A DNA stretch of 64,000 nt from Polyangiaceae bacterium (GCA_050287085.1 JBNKBE010000003.1:15252-79251); one strand, 5' to 3'. Counted from the stretch's first letter, positions 19,341 to 29,208 are shown. Notes: a model not told the origin generated them from the sequence alone. Translations and numbers: made by a program.

Positions 19341-22300
19341 TTAGGGACGACTCAAGAAGCCTTTCACTCGGCCCTTCACCTTGCGCAGGAGACGGTCGCG
19401 CAGACCACCTTTCGCGTCGCCTTCCCGTACCTCAGGTATGGGGCCGGTGCCGGTCTTGACGGCCGCGGAGTCCATGTCCTTGGCCACAGGCTCGTCGACG
19501 CTTGTCGCGCCGCCATCGCGAGCAGACGAGCCGCTAGCCAGCTCGGGCTTCTGACGTTCAAGCTCGGCGGCCACTTGCTCCAAACTGCTCAGCAGTACTA
19601 CTCGCGGGCTTAGTCGAACGCCTGTTTCGCGTTCCAGCTCGGTCAACAAGCGGAAGCACAGCAGCGAATGGCCTCCCAGATCGAAGAAGTTGTCGTGGAT
19701 ACTCACGTCGGAGCGCTTCAACGCGTCGGCGAACAACCGCCCCAGCAAGCGCTCCGTGGAGCTACGAGGTGGCGTGAACTCGGGACCCGCATCGACTTCA
19801 AAGGGCGACGGCAGCTCGACATCCGGTACTCCTGAGAGTGCCAGTTGCTCCACGAATTCGACAGGAACCAATGCCTCCGGCGCCGCCTTGCGAACGTACT
19901 GCCGCAGCTCCGTCTCGGTGTAGCTCTTGCCAGCCTCAGGTTCTACATACGCCACGAGGCGCCCCACGCCCAGCTCGTCGGAGACCACGCAGCACCGGCA
20001 CGCGTGTACACTCGGGTGGGCACGAAGAGCCTCCGCAACTGCGGACAAGTCGGTCCAGAAGCCGTTGACACAAGACAACTCTTCGGGCCACGTGCCGAAG
20101 ATCTCGCCCCGTCGATTGCAGTATGCGGGCGGAGGGTCGCTGGGCGGCATCGCGCCCAAATCGGTCTCGTTGATAGGAAGCCAGCGACCGTCGAGCCACG
20201 CGACAAGTTGTCCGCGAACGCCACTCGGAACATCGTGGCCAGCAGGATCGACAATCCGCAGCGAGGTCCGTCCCAGGGGACGACCTAGCTCTGGCACCAA
20301 GAAACCCGGACGCACCTCGGAGAGCAACAAGGCGCGGCCGCCCAGACGCGTCGTCGCCTGCAGCACCAGGGGACCTAGCTGCCTCAACCGACGGCCAAGT
20401 GCATCCGATGACGGTTCAAGGATGAGCGCGGCCCCCAAGCGCGCCAGCGCTGCCTTCTCTTCGAGCGCGGCTCCAAGACAAGCCTCCGGGGCAAGGGCAA
20501 GCGCCGCCCCACCCGCCAGCAGCGTTGCTATCGCATCCTCGGTTGGAACGTCAGCGCCTGCAAGCAAGAGCGTGGCTCCCGCCGCCAGTGGAGTCAGAAG
20601 CTCCAGCAACAGTGTGTCCGAGCCGGGAGCGGCTGCAGCCGCACAGCGGTGCTCCCCTCCCAACTTGGCCGCAAATGCCAGTGCGCGCAGCTGAGCGCTG
20701 AGCTCCGCCTGACTTAAGCCCTGCCGCTGGCCCTTCCCCCTCACAGGCAACAGCCCGGCCCTACCCTGTAGCGCCGGCGGCGCCCCGCTCGCTCCGCCCG
20801 AGAGACTCACGCAGCGTCCGATACCCCAGTCCCGTAGTCGCGCCTGCGCGTCGTCAACAGCCGCGTCGTCAGCGCTCGCGTCGACAACAGCCACAACCCC
20901 CTCGAAGTCACGAACCTGGCGCTCCGTACGGGCGCTGCTGTCCTCTGGATCCACCGAAAGAACCCGCAGCCCTGCCCGAAATCCCGCAACCAATGCTGCC
21001 ACCAAAGCCGTCGAGCGGGGCAACGCCACGACCACCCCATCCCCTTCGCCTGCGTGCTCGCGGAGCTTCGCGGCGAGAGCACAGGCCTGTCGCATGAGCT
21101 CTTCGTAGCTGAGCGTCGCTCCTGCGCACTCAACAGCGACAGCCTGTGGGCTCTGCGCCGCAACAAGCTGATGGACGTATTGCTCGGCGGTCACCGAAGG
21201 CGGAGCGTCTTGCACCTCGCCCTGAACCAAACGCAGCTCCTGCAGTTTCCGCTCGGGGTCATCAGCCGCATCTTCCAACAGGCAAACAAAGCTCTCCAGC
21301 AAAGAGGCGATCGTGGACTCCTCGAATAGCTCCGAACTGTAGTTCGCCACCGCCACCAGCGAGTCGACCCGTTCCATCAACCACACCATCAGGTCGTTGG
21401 CGGCCTTGGGCGGCTCGACGTCTACCTGGGAGACAAGCGCAGTTCCGATACGTTGCGCGCGCGCTCTGGCGTCTTGAAATGAGAAAAACGCACGGACCGG
21501 GGGTGGCTCGATCCCAAGGCGTTCGAGCGGCATTTCTTCGCGGCTGAACGCGTCCAGGGTCACATCTCGAACGTGCTTGATGTGCTCTGCAAAGGTCAGT
21601 TCGGGGTCGACTGAAATGCGCAGCACAACGGCATTGATGAACGGTCCGAGGAGACCCTCGACCTCCGGCAAGACACGCGCTCTTACGGGCGTACCGATTA
21701 GGATGTCCCGCTGCCCCGAGAAGCGATGAAGCAAGACTGAATACGCGGCACACAATACAGTAAACAGCGTCCCACCGTGGCGCTGCCCGAGCTCCTTGAG
21801 CTTCGAAACCGCCTCAGCCGACATGGACCGCTTGAGATTGCCACCCAGATACTGCGTCTCAGCGGGCCTCGGATGGTCGTGCGGAAGCGTCAGCTCGGAC
21901 GGTGCGTTTTGCAGCTTCTGCTGCCACCAGGCAACCTGCTCGGCGATCTCTTCGCTGTCCAGCCACGTCGCTTGCCAACGAGAAAAATCCGCATATGTGA
22001 CCGGAAGCGCTGGCAACTCGGGCGCTCTTTGTGCTGCAAGCGCACTGTAAACCTCGCACAGCTCATTGAGAAAGAGATCGAAGGACCAGCCATCCCAGAT
22101 GATGTTGTGACGCAGCGTATAGTACAGGTAGTCTTCGTCACCGAGGCGAAATAGCGTGGAGTGGAAGAGCGGGCCTTCAGCCAGGTCGAAGGGTATCGTG
22201 TTGCGCTCCTGAATTTGCAACAACGCCGCCTCCTCTCGTTCCCCCGCAGGTAGCGCCCTCAAATCGACCGCAGCAATGGGCAGATTAACTGTCTTGGCAA

Positions 22301-25300
22301 TGCGCTGAACCGTTGTTGCACCCGAGCCCGTGGCGCCTTCGCCCTCGGAAGAAGCCCCCGAGCTCACGTCGGCATACCCCACCGTCATGCGCAGCAACGC
22401 GTGGCGAGAAACCAACACGTCGAGCGAGCGCTGCAGGAGCTCCAGGTCGATGGGGCCGCGAAAACGCCACGCCGCTGGCAAGTTGTGCACGATACGCTGC
22501 GCCGGATGCATCTCCTCGAGCAAGAAGAGCCGCTGCTGCACTACTGAAAGCGGCGCTGGTTCAGACTCGTCACCCTTGACGATGGGAGGTCGTGCTGCCG
22601 TCGGCGGCGCGTCGCTGCGTGCGACGGCCAGCTTCGCCGCCAAGCGACGCACGGTAGGCGCCTCGAAGAAATCCCGAAACGACAAATGCAAGTCGTGCTC
22701 TTGGCGCAACCGGGCCACTACCTGGGCCGCCAAGAGCGAATGCCCGCCGAGCGCGAAGAAGTCGTCCTCAACACTGACACGCCCGACTCCCAGCACCTTT
22801 GCCCACAGCTCAGCGATGGTCGTTTCCAACTCACCGCTGGGCGCGACGAAAGCTCCGGCTCCCGACGCCATTGACGCTTCAGTCGGCGGGGGCAGCGCCT
22901 TGCGATTGATCTTGCCGCTTGGCGTGAGCGGCATCTCAGCCAACACGACAAAGGCGCTGGGAATCATGTACTCTGGCAGGCGCTGGCCAAGATGGGCGCG
23001 CAGCTCTGCAGGCTCCGGTGCTGGCGCAAGCGTCGACACATAACCCACGAGACGCTTGTCCCCTGGGCGGTCCTCGCGCAGCACCACCGCGGCTTCGCGT
23101 ACAACGCCGTGACTGCGCAGGCCCTCTTCGATTTCTCCCAGCTCGATCCGAAACCCTCTCAGCTTGACCTGATAGTCGTTCCGCCCCAGACACTCGATCT
23201 CACCGTTGGCCACGAATCGTCCGAGGTCGCCGGTACGGTACATCTGGCAGCCAGGTCTAAACGGGTCGGAAACGAAGCGCTCCGCGCTAAGCTCGGGCCG
23301 TCCAAGATAGCCCAATGTTACGCCGTCGCCACCAATGAAGAGCTCGCCCACGGCCCCCGGGGGCACGCGTTGTCCCGCTTCGTCCAGGATATAGATCCAG
23401 GTATTATCCACCGGAGTTCCGATCAACACCCGCTCTGCGTTCTGCGGCACTTGCCAGAAAGAGGACCACACGGTCGTCTCAGTTGGGCCGTAGCCGTTGT
23501 ACACAGCGGCCGCTCGCTGCGTTAGGTCGCAAGCGAGATCGCGCGGCATGGCTTCGCCGGTGCAGATCAAACGAAGCGACGAACTACCCTCCCAACCCGC
23601 CGCCAGCAACAGACGGTAGGTCGCGGGCGTAGCATCGACGAAGGTAATGCCGCGTTGCTCGATAACGTCTCTGAGCACGGCACCGTCGGAAGCCTGCTCC
23701 CGAGTAACCAGCTCGATGCGCGCGCCCACGCTGAGCGGCAGCCACAGCTCAGAGACGGCAATGTCGAAAGACAAGGTCGTGATCGCCAACACGACGTCGC
23801 TCTCCGTCAGACCAGGTCTGCGCGCCACACTACACAGCAAATTGACAGCCGCGCGGTGGGGAACGAGTACGCCCTTTGGCTTGCCCGTCGACCCGGACGT
23901 ATAGATCACATAGGCAACGCTCTCGGGCGTCGCTCTTCCGGTCGCAAGCTCGTCATCTGCAGCAGCTGCATCATCCAGCTCGCTCGCGTCGACCGCGACC
24001 ACGGAAGCCACCGGCAGCGCCAGCGATTCGGCCAACTCGCGGCTGGTCACGAGCACGCCCAGTGCGGCGTCTTGCACCATGAAGACTAGACGGTCCGGTG
24101 GATAGTCAGGATCGAGCGGGACATACGCGCCTCCGGCCATATGAGTAGCCAAGAGACTCACCACCAACGCCGGCTTACGCTCAAGACAGAGCCCGACGAG
24201 CACCCCCTCGCGAACGCCGACGGCGCGAAGCCGTTGCGCCAGGCTTCGCGCTTGCGCCACTAGCTCACCATAGCGCAACACCTCATCGCCACAGCTGAGC
24301 GCAACCGCATCCGGCCTAATGGACGCCTGGCGCAATACCAAGTCGTGCATGCAAGCGTCCCGCGGGAAGTCCACTTCGCGGCCACTCCATCGCTCGAGAA
24401 GCGCCGCGTCCTCCGCGGTCAGCAGGTTCAAGTGCGACACGAGGCGCTCCGAGTTGCCGACAAAATCCTCGAGCAGCGTTCGGTAGCCCGCGAGCCAACG
24501 GCGGACCGTGATCTCGTCGAAGAGCTGGGTGCTGTATTGGCATTCGAGCGTCACTCTCCCGTCCAGCTCCACCGCGTTGAGAAACAGGTCGAAATTCTCG
24601 AAATGACGTGGATTGGTCCGCAGCTCGGTCTCTAGGTCGTCAAAGCCGATAGCCTCCCCCGAGAGGCCCCGGTCCAAGTTGAAGACAATATTGACCAGCG
24701 GCGGCCGGCTGGGTTCGCGGGGCACGGGCAACTTGGCCAACAGTTGCCCATAGGTAAACCCCTGGTGGTCTTGCGCATCGAGCAGCGACGTTCTCACACG
24801 TTCCAACGCGGAGCCAAAGGACTCTTCAGGGTCCCAAGTCGTTCTGATCGGCAGAAGGTTAACACAGTGACCCACTAGCGAGTGCAGCCCCGAAACCGAT
24901 TGTCCTGCGGTGGGAATGCCCACAACGATGTCATTGGCACCTGACAAGCGATGCACCACCGCACCAAACCCAGCAAACAAGGTCGCAAACAGGCTAGCTC
25001 GATGTTTGGCCCCGGCTTTTCTCAGTGCGGAGACCAACTCCGAGGGCAACTCAACGTCTAGACGCCGAGAGTCGTAGCGCCTTTGCGGCGGTCGCGGACG
25101 ATCGAGCGGCAGATCAACAATCGGAATGCCATCACCGAATAGTGATATCCAGTAGGCTTCGTCCTTCGCTTCCGTGCCGGCCCCCAGGGCCCGACTCAGC
25201 GCGTAGTTCTGCCAGGAGTCCGCCGCTGGAAGCTCGGGTTCAAGCTCGAACTGCCGAGCGTTGTAGTAGGTCGCCCAGTCCTGAACAATAACGGCCGTCG

Positions 25301-25787
25301 ACCAACCGTCACACACGATATGGTGTGCCGTGAAGACCAGGAAATGCTCGTCACTGGCGAGCTTGAGCAAGTCAGCCCGAAAGAGAGGCCCCTGCTCGAG
25401 GTCGAATGGCTCCTCGACAACCGCAGATAGCCATTGCTGCACTCGTGCGTCGCGAGCCTCAGACTCGAGGTCCGTCAGATCGAGGGTGCGGAGCGCGGGC
25501 TCCAGGGCCGCCACGATACACAGCGAGAGGCCGTCCTGAGTCACCGTTGAGCGCAAGGCCGCATGGCGCTGCACCACGTCGGCCAGTGCTCTGCGCAGAG
25601 GCGCCTCGCGCAGCGGGCCACGCAAGACAAGTGTTACAGACTCGTTGTAAGCCAGGGACGCGGCGCGGTCGACTTGACACGCGGTCCAGATCTCTCGCTG
25701 GGGCGCGGTCGTGGGGACCAGCTCCTCGATTTCAGGTCCCGCAAAAGGATCAAAGTCAACGCTATCTGGAGGGTGAGATACGGTCAT
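19341..25787 (-). CDS. NRPS: C-A-PCP-C(atypical)-A(degenerate)-PCP, no thioesterase
   Basis: C1 HHIVCDG; A1 YTSGSTGKPKG, YGPTETT, YRTGD, SGK; PCP LGGHSL; C2 RHNIIWDG; A2 lacks core motifs; terminal PCP FFDLGGHSL. Start 25787 or 25808. Confidence 0.95.
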   Translation of the reverse strand: MTVSHPPDSVDFDPFAGPEIEELVPTTAPQREIWTACQVDRAASLAYNESVTLVLRGPLREAPLRRALADVVQRHAALRSTVTQDGLSLCIVAALEPALRTLDLTDLESEARDARVQQWLSAVVEEPFDLEQGPLFRADLLKLASDEHFLVFTAHHIVCDGWSTAVIVQDWATYYNARQFELEPELPAADSWQNYALSRALGAGTEAKDEAYWISLFGDGIPIVDLPLDRPRPPQRRYDSRRLDVELPSELVSALRKAGAKHRASLFATLFAGFGAVVHRLSGANDIVVGIPTAGQSVSGLHSLVGHCVNLLPIRTTWDPEESFGSALERVRTSLLDAQDHQGFTYGQLLAKLPVPREPSRPPLVNIVFNLDRGLSGEAIGFDDLETELRTNPRHFENFDLFLNAVELDGRVTLECQYSTQLFDEITVRRWLAGYRTLLEDFVGNSERLVSHLNLLTAEDAALLERWSGREVDFPRDACMHDLVLRQASIRPDAVALSCGDEVLRYGELVAQARSLAQRLRAVGVREGVLVGLCLERKPALVVSLLATHMAGGAYVPLDPDYPPDRLVFMVQDAALGVLVTSRELAESLALPVASVVAVDASELDDAAAADDELATGRATPESVAYVIYTSGSTGKPKGVLVPHRAAVNLLCSVARRPGLTESDVVLAITTLSFDIAVSELWLPLSVGARIELVTREQASDGAVLRDVIEQRGITFVDATPATYRLLLAAGWEGSSSLRLICTGEAMPRDLACDLTQRAAAVYNGYGPTETTVWSSFWQVPQNAERVLIGTPVDNTWIYILDEAGQRVPPGAVGELFIGGDGVTLGYLGRPELSAERFVSDPFRPGCQMYRTGDLGRFVANGEIECLGRNDYQVKLRGFRIELGEIEEGLRSHGVVREAAVVLREDRPGDKRLVGYVSTLAPAPEPAELRAHLGQRLPEYMIPSAFVVLAEMPLTPSGKINRKALPPPTEASMASGAGAFVAPSGELETTIAELWAKVLGVGRVSVEDDFFALGGHSLLAAQVVARLRQEHDLHLSFRDFFEAPTVRRLAAKLAVARSDAPPTAARPPIVKGDESEPAPLSVVQQRLFLLEEMHPAQRIVHNLPAAWRFRGPIDLELLQRSLDVLVSRHALLRMTVGYADVSSGASSEGEGATGSGATTVQRIAKTVNLPIAAVDLRALPAGEREEAALLQIQERNTIPFDLAEGPLFHSTLFRLGDEDYLYYTLRHNIIWDGWSFDLFLNELCEVYSALAAQRAPELPALPVTYADFSRWQATWLDSEEIAEQVAWWQQKLQNAPSELTLPHDHPRPAETQYLGGNLKRSMSAEAVSKLKELGQRHGGTLFTVLCAAYSVLLHRFSGQRDILIGTPVRARVLPEVEGLLGPFINAVVLRISVDPELTFAEHIKHVRDVTLDAFSREEMPLERLGIEPPPVRAFFSFQDARARAQRIGTALVSQVDVEPPKAANDLMVWLMERVDSLVAVANYSSELFEESTIASLLESFVCLLEDAADDPERKLQELRLVQGEVQDAPPSVTAEQYVHQLVAAQSPQAVAVECAGATLSYEELMRQACALAAKLREHAGEGDGVVVALPRSTALVAALVAGFRAGLRVLSVDPEDSSARTERQVRDFEGVVAVVDASADDAAVDDAQARLRDWGIGRCVSLSGGASGAPPALQGRAGLLPVRGKGQRQGLSQAELSAQLRALAFAAKLGGEHRCAAAAAPGSDTLLLELLTPLAAGATLLLAGADVPTEDAIATLLAGGAALALAPEACLGAALEEKAALARLGAALILEPSSDALGRRLRQLGPLVLQATTRLGGRALLLSEVRPGFLVPELGRPLGRTSLRIVDPAGHDVPSGVRGQLVAWLDGRWLPINETDLGAMPPSDPPPAYCNRRGEIFGTWPEELSCVNGFWTDLSAVAEALRAHPSVHACRCCVVSDELGVGRLVAYVEPEAGKSYTETELRQYVRKAAPEALVPVEFVEQLALSGVPDVELPSPFEVDAGPEFTPPRSSTERLLGRLFADALKRSDVSIHDNFFDLGGHSLLCFRLLTELERETGVRLSPRVVLLSSLEQVAAELERQKPELASGSSARDGGATSVDEPVAKDMDSAAVKTGTGPIPEVREGDAKGGLRDRLLRKVKGRVKGFLSRP

Positions 25788-25977
25788 GAATGGAACTCGA
25801 TGGGGCATGACGCCGTGTCCACCGCCCCCCGCGGACGACGCGATCTTTGGGCGCCGGGAAGGCGATGGCTGTGCAAAAGGCGGGTATGTTGGCGGACCTC
25901 ACTTACGACCGCCCCGCGCGTTGGGCTGCCGCGTTGGCATCAGTACACGCCGAGGTCGCGTGCGCTGAAGAAAGCGT

Positions 25978-26892
25978 CTAGGAAAAAAGATGTGGCGCGT
26001 ACGCCGCCGTAGGTGGGTCAATCGACCTTCCCACGAGCTTCTTGAGCCGCATTTTTCCGCCCGACAGTGCCGTCATGGCGGTCGACATAAGCTGATCACG
26101 CCACACGGTCTCACCGATCGGGGGCGGCGTCAGCCCCAGCCGCCGAAGTTTGAAGTTGGCCTGGTAGGCGGCCCTACGCCGACGTGTCGAGTCGGTGTAG
26201 AAGGTGAAGCTCATCGTGACCGACGGGCCATCGCCGTTTTCGACCATGTGCGGACTTGTGCTCGGCATGAAAGCCCCTTGTCCCGGCTCGAGGTCGAAAA
26301 CCATGGCTCGCTCTTTCATCCGCTCCGCAAAGGTCACGAGATCTCGCGAGTGCCAGCCGTGGAAGCGTTCCAACGCGGCTTCCGAAACGACCTCTCGGTC
26401 CATGGGGTCCCAAATGTAGACACGTTTGCGGCCCTGAAGCTGAACCAAGAAATTGTGTTCGGCGTCGATGTGATAGGGTGTGATGGCGCCCGGCGAGGTG
26501 ATGAAGATCCACCCACCCCGGTAGGACATACCGGGATCGGTGACGTCTACGAGGGGCTTGACGCTGTCGAGCACCTCATCGACAAGTGTGCGGTACACCG
26601 GGTCGGTCTGGACGTTCAGGAGCGACATCCAAGCTTGGGCCGCGGCCACGTCGGCAAGCATGTCACTGGCGCTCTTCTTCGTAGGATGAATCTTCGGCGC
26701 ATCGTGAAACGATGTACCAGCCTCGGCGGCCGCTGAATGGCTCCGCACCTGGTTCTGCGCGTCCAATCGGCTACCCAGTTCACGAAGCTTATCGAGCTGC
26801 AAGAGTGGGTGCTCACAGAGGTCGTGAGTCACAGGGGTTACTACCCACGGTTCAAAGCGGCTGTTCGGGAGTTTTATTCGCGGCGTCGTCAT
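25978..26892 (-). CDS. Cupin-like/JmjC-type Fe(II)/2-oxoglutarate oxygenase family protein
   Basis: FITSPGAITPYHIDAEHNFLVQLQGRK (HxD) and PHMVEN (distal His). Start at MTTPRIKL. Confidence 0.8.
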   Translation of the reverse strand: MTTPRIKLPNSRFEPWVVTPVTHDLCEHPLLQLDKLRELGSRLDAQNQVRSHSAAAEAGTSFHDAPKIHPTKKSASDMLADVAAAQAWMSLLNVQTDPVYRTLVDEVLDSVKPLVDVTDPGMSYRGGWIFITSPGAITPYHIDAEHNFLVQLQGRKRVYIWDPMDREVVSEAALERFHGWHSRDLVTFAERMKERAMVFDLEPGQGAFMPSTSPHMVENGDGPSVTMSFTFYTDSTRRRRAAYQANFKLRRLGLTPPPIGETVWRDQLMSTAMTALSGGKMRLKKLVGRSIDPPTAAYAPHLFS

Positions 26893-27022
26893 GGTCACCC
26901 CATCGCTCGAGTGAGGCACAGGGTTGCCCGAGCCCGCGGCCGCGTCAAGAGGAGTTATCCCCGCCGTCGATCCGCAAACAGACTCCGCTGCAGGATCTAA
27001 CCGTGTTAGTCTCGGTCGAGAA

Positions 27023-27823
27023 ATGTTTTCGCGATTGCAGACTCTTCCCGGCGTAAAGCAAGTCATCAAGGCACGCTTCAACCGCGGGTTCGAAGGCGAC
27101 TGGGCCGGCAGCTTCCGTGGCGTCTTCAGTACCTTCGAGCAAGCGTCTCTCAGTGCGCCAGGCACCAAACCGCTCGGCTACAACCATGACGCCGCCAGCG
27201 AAATGTATGCGGAGCGCCTGCGAGAAGTAGTGGCGAGCGACTACCCCGTCATGTTTTGGCTGGGCAAGTTGATGGCCGGCGGCGCCCGGAACCTCTTCGA
27301 CCTCGGCGGACACGTCGGACTGGCCTGTCACGCCTACCAGCGCTACCTCGACTTCCCGGACGACTTCAGCTGGACGGTCTATGATGTCCCCGCGGTTCGC
27401 GCCACGGGCGAACGCCTCGCCGGGGAGCTGAGTTCGCGCATTTCGCCGCGGTTCACGGGCGACACGGCAGACGGCGCTGGCGTGGATGTCTTGCTCAGTG
27501 CTGGCGCCCTACAATACATCGACGAACCCCGTTTCGACGCGTATCTGGCGTCTTTGAAGCGGCTTCCTCGCAACATTCTTCTCAGCAAAATACCCCTTGG
27601 ACACAATCCAGAGTTCGTAACACTGCAGAATATTGGCACAGCCTATTGCCCCTACCGCATCTTCAACGACCACGAGTTCGTCGCAGGGCTGAAGCGCCTA
27701 GGTTACGAGGTACGTGACCGTTGGTTGAATGCTGAGGGCTGCAACATGGCGCTCAACCCCGAGCTCAGCGTGCCCAACTACACCGGCATGCTGCTGCAGC
27801 TGCCAATCGCATCGACGAGCTAG
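27023..27823 (+). CDS. Putative SAM-dependent methyltransferase (TIGR04325-like)
   Basis: FRGVFSTFEQA, DYPVMFWL, LFDLGGHVG motif I, WTVYDVP, SAGALQYI, FVTLQ. Confidence 0.8.
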   Translation: MFSRLQTLPGVKQVIKARFNRGFEGDWAGSFRGVFSTFEQASLSAPGTKPLGYNHDAASEMYAERLREVVASDYPVMFWLGKLMAGGARNLFDLGGHVGLACHAYQRYLDFPDDFSWTVYDVPAVRATGERLAGELSSRISPRFTGDTADGAGVDVLLSAGALQYIDEPRFDAYLASLKRLPRNILLSKIPLGHNPEFVTLQNIGTAYCPYRIFNDHEFVAGLKRLGYEVRDRWLNAEGCNMALNPELSVPNYTGMLLQLPIASTS

Positions 27824-27920
27824 GCTCGACGGGCTGGGCTCGACGGGCTGGGCTCGACGGGCTGGGCTCGACGGGCTAGGCTCGACGGGCTGGGCTCGAC
27901 GGGCTAGGCTCGACGGGCTG
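27823..27920. repeat. Tandem repeat, 7 x 14 bp GGCTCGACGGGCT(G/A)
   Basis: Seven contiguous copies counted directly, plus a degenerate copy at 27809-27822 overlapping the methyltransferase stop codon. Confidence 0.95.
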
Positions 27921-28092
27921 GGGGCTCTAGCCCGGTACCTGATCGGGATGCAGCTGGGTGCATCAGCGTCATCACCGGGTAAACGGCTGCCAGCAAGCAG
28001 ACGCAGAACAGAACTGCGCCTCATCATCTACGCGCTCTGCGCGACAATCGCTCACGGAGCTTGGAAGCCACAAACGCGGCCGGGAATAATCC

Positions 28093-29040
28093 ATGAAACA
28101 AGCCTACCTTGGAGACGAACGACTGAGCGTCATAGGACTGGGAGCGATGCCGCTAGCGATCGCGGGCCGCCCCTCGGAAGCGGACGCACGAAACGTCATC
28201 AGCGCCGCTTTGGACGCGCAGATGACCTGGATCGACGTGGCCGACTCCTACTGCCTCGATCAAGACGACACGGGTTATGGCGAGCAGCTCGTCGCTCGAG
28301 CGCTGCGGGACTACGGCACGAGCAAACGGGTGCTCATCGCGACCAAGGCAGGGTACGTTCGCCCCGGCGGCAACTGGGAGCTCTGCGGACGCCCGGAACA
28401 CCTGCGCGCCGCGTGCGAACGCAGTCTACGCACGCTCGGGTTGGAAGCGCTGCCGCTATTTCAGCTCCACGGGGTGGACCCCAAAGTCTATTACCCGGAT
28501 TCCGTGGGGGCGCTGGCAGATCTCCAGCGCGAAGGCAAAGTCATCCACATCGGGCTATGCAACGTAGACGTGGGTCATCTGGAGGATGCTCGCAAGATCA
28601 TCCGCGTCGCCACGGTGCAAAATCGATGCAACATCCACGAGCGCTGGTGCTTCGAGAACGGTGTGGTGCCGTGGTGTGAACAACACGGCGCCCTGTTCAT
28701 CGCCCACAGCACCATGGGGGGACACCAGGGACACAAGCGCACCGCCAGCAGCGTCACCCTCGCCAATGTCGCCGCCCGACACGAGGTATCGCCCTACCAG
28801 ATCGCGCTTGCGTGGCTATTGCGCCAATCCCCCGCGCTGCTCGCCATCCCGGGAGCAAGTCGTCCAGAGAGCGCAATCTCCAGCGCGGCAGCCGCCGAAC
28901 TGAAGCTCACCACTGCAGACCTTGAAGAACTCGCGAGCGAGTTTCCTCCGCCGCGGCGCCTGGTCAAGGAACTCAAGCGCGTCAAACAGATCGCGAAAGC
29001 CACCCTGCGCCGGCTCAAGGACGCTCGCCGCAGACTCTAG
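28093..29040 (+). CDS. Aldo/keto reductase
   Basis: IGLGAM, IDVADSY, IATKAG, LFQLH, HIGLCN, VQNRCN, IPGAS. Confidence 0.92.
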   Translation: MKQAYLGDERLSVIGLGAMPLAIAGRPSEADARNVISAALDAQMTWIDVADSYCLDQDDTGYGEQLVARALRDYGTSKRVLIATKAGYVRPGGNWELCGRPEHLRAACERSLRTLGLEALPLFQLHGVDPKVYYPDSVGALADLQREGKVIHIGLCNVDVGHLEDARKIIRVATVQNRCNIHERWCFENGVVPWCEQHGALFIAHSTMGGHQGHKRTASSVTLANVAARHEVSPYQIALAWLLRQSPALLAIPGASRPESAISSAAAAELKLTTADLEELASEFPPPRRLVKELKRVKQIAKATLRRLKDARRRL

Positions 29041-29058
29041 TGCACCCGCCGCCCCTTG

Positions 29059-29208
29059 CCGGCACGCAACCGGCCGGCACAACACCGGCCGGCACAACAT
29101 CGGCCGGCACAACATCGGCCGGCACAACATCGACCGGCACAACATCGACCGGCACAACATCGACCGGCACAACATCGACCGGCACAACATCGACCGGCAC
29201 AACATCGG
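29059..29208. repeat. Tandem repeat, 10 x 15 bp CCGGCACAACATCG(A/G)
   Basis: Contiguous copies between convergent genes; the first two copies are diverged. Confidence 0.95.

Noticed and set aside
27823..29208. Repeat arrays as CRISPR
   Set aside because: Units are 14-15 bp, contiguous, with no unique spacers, and no cas genes are present.
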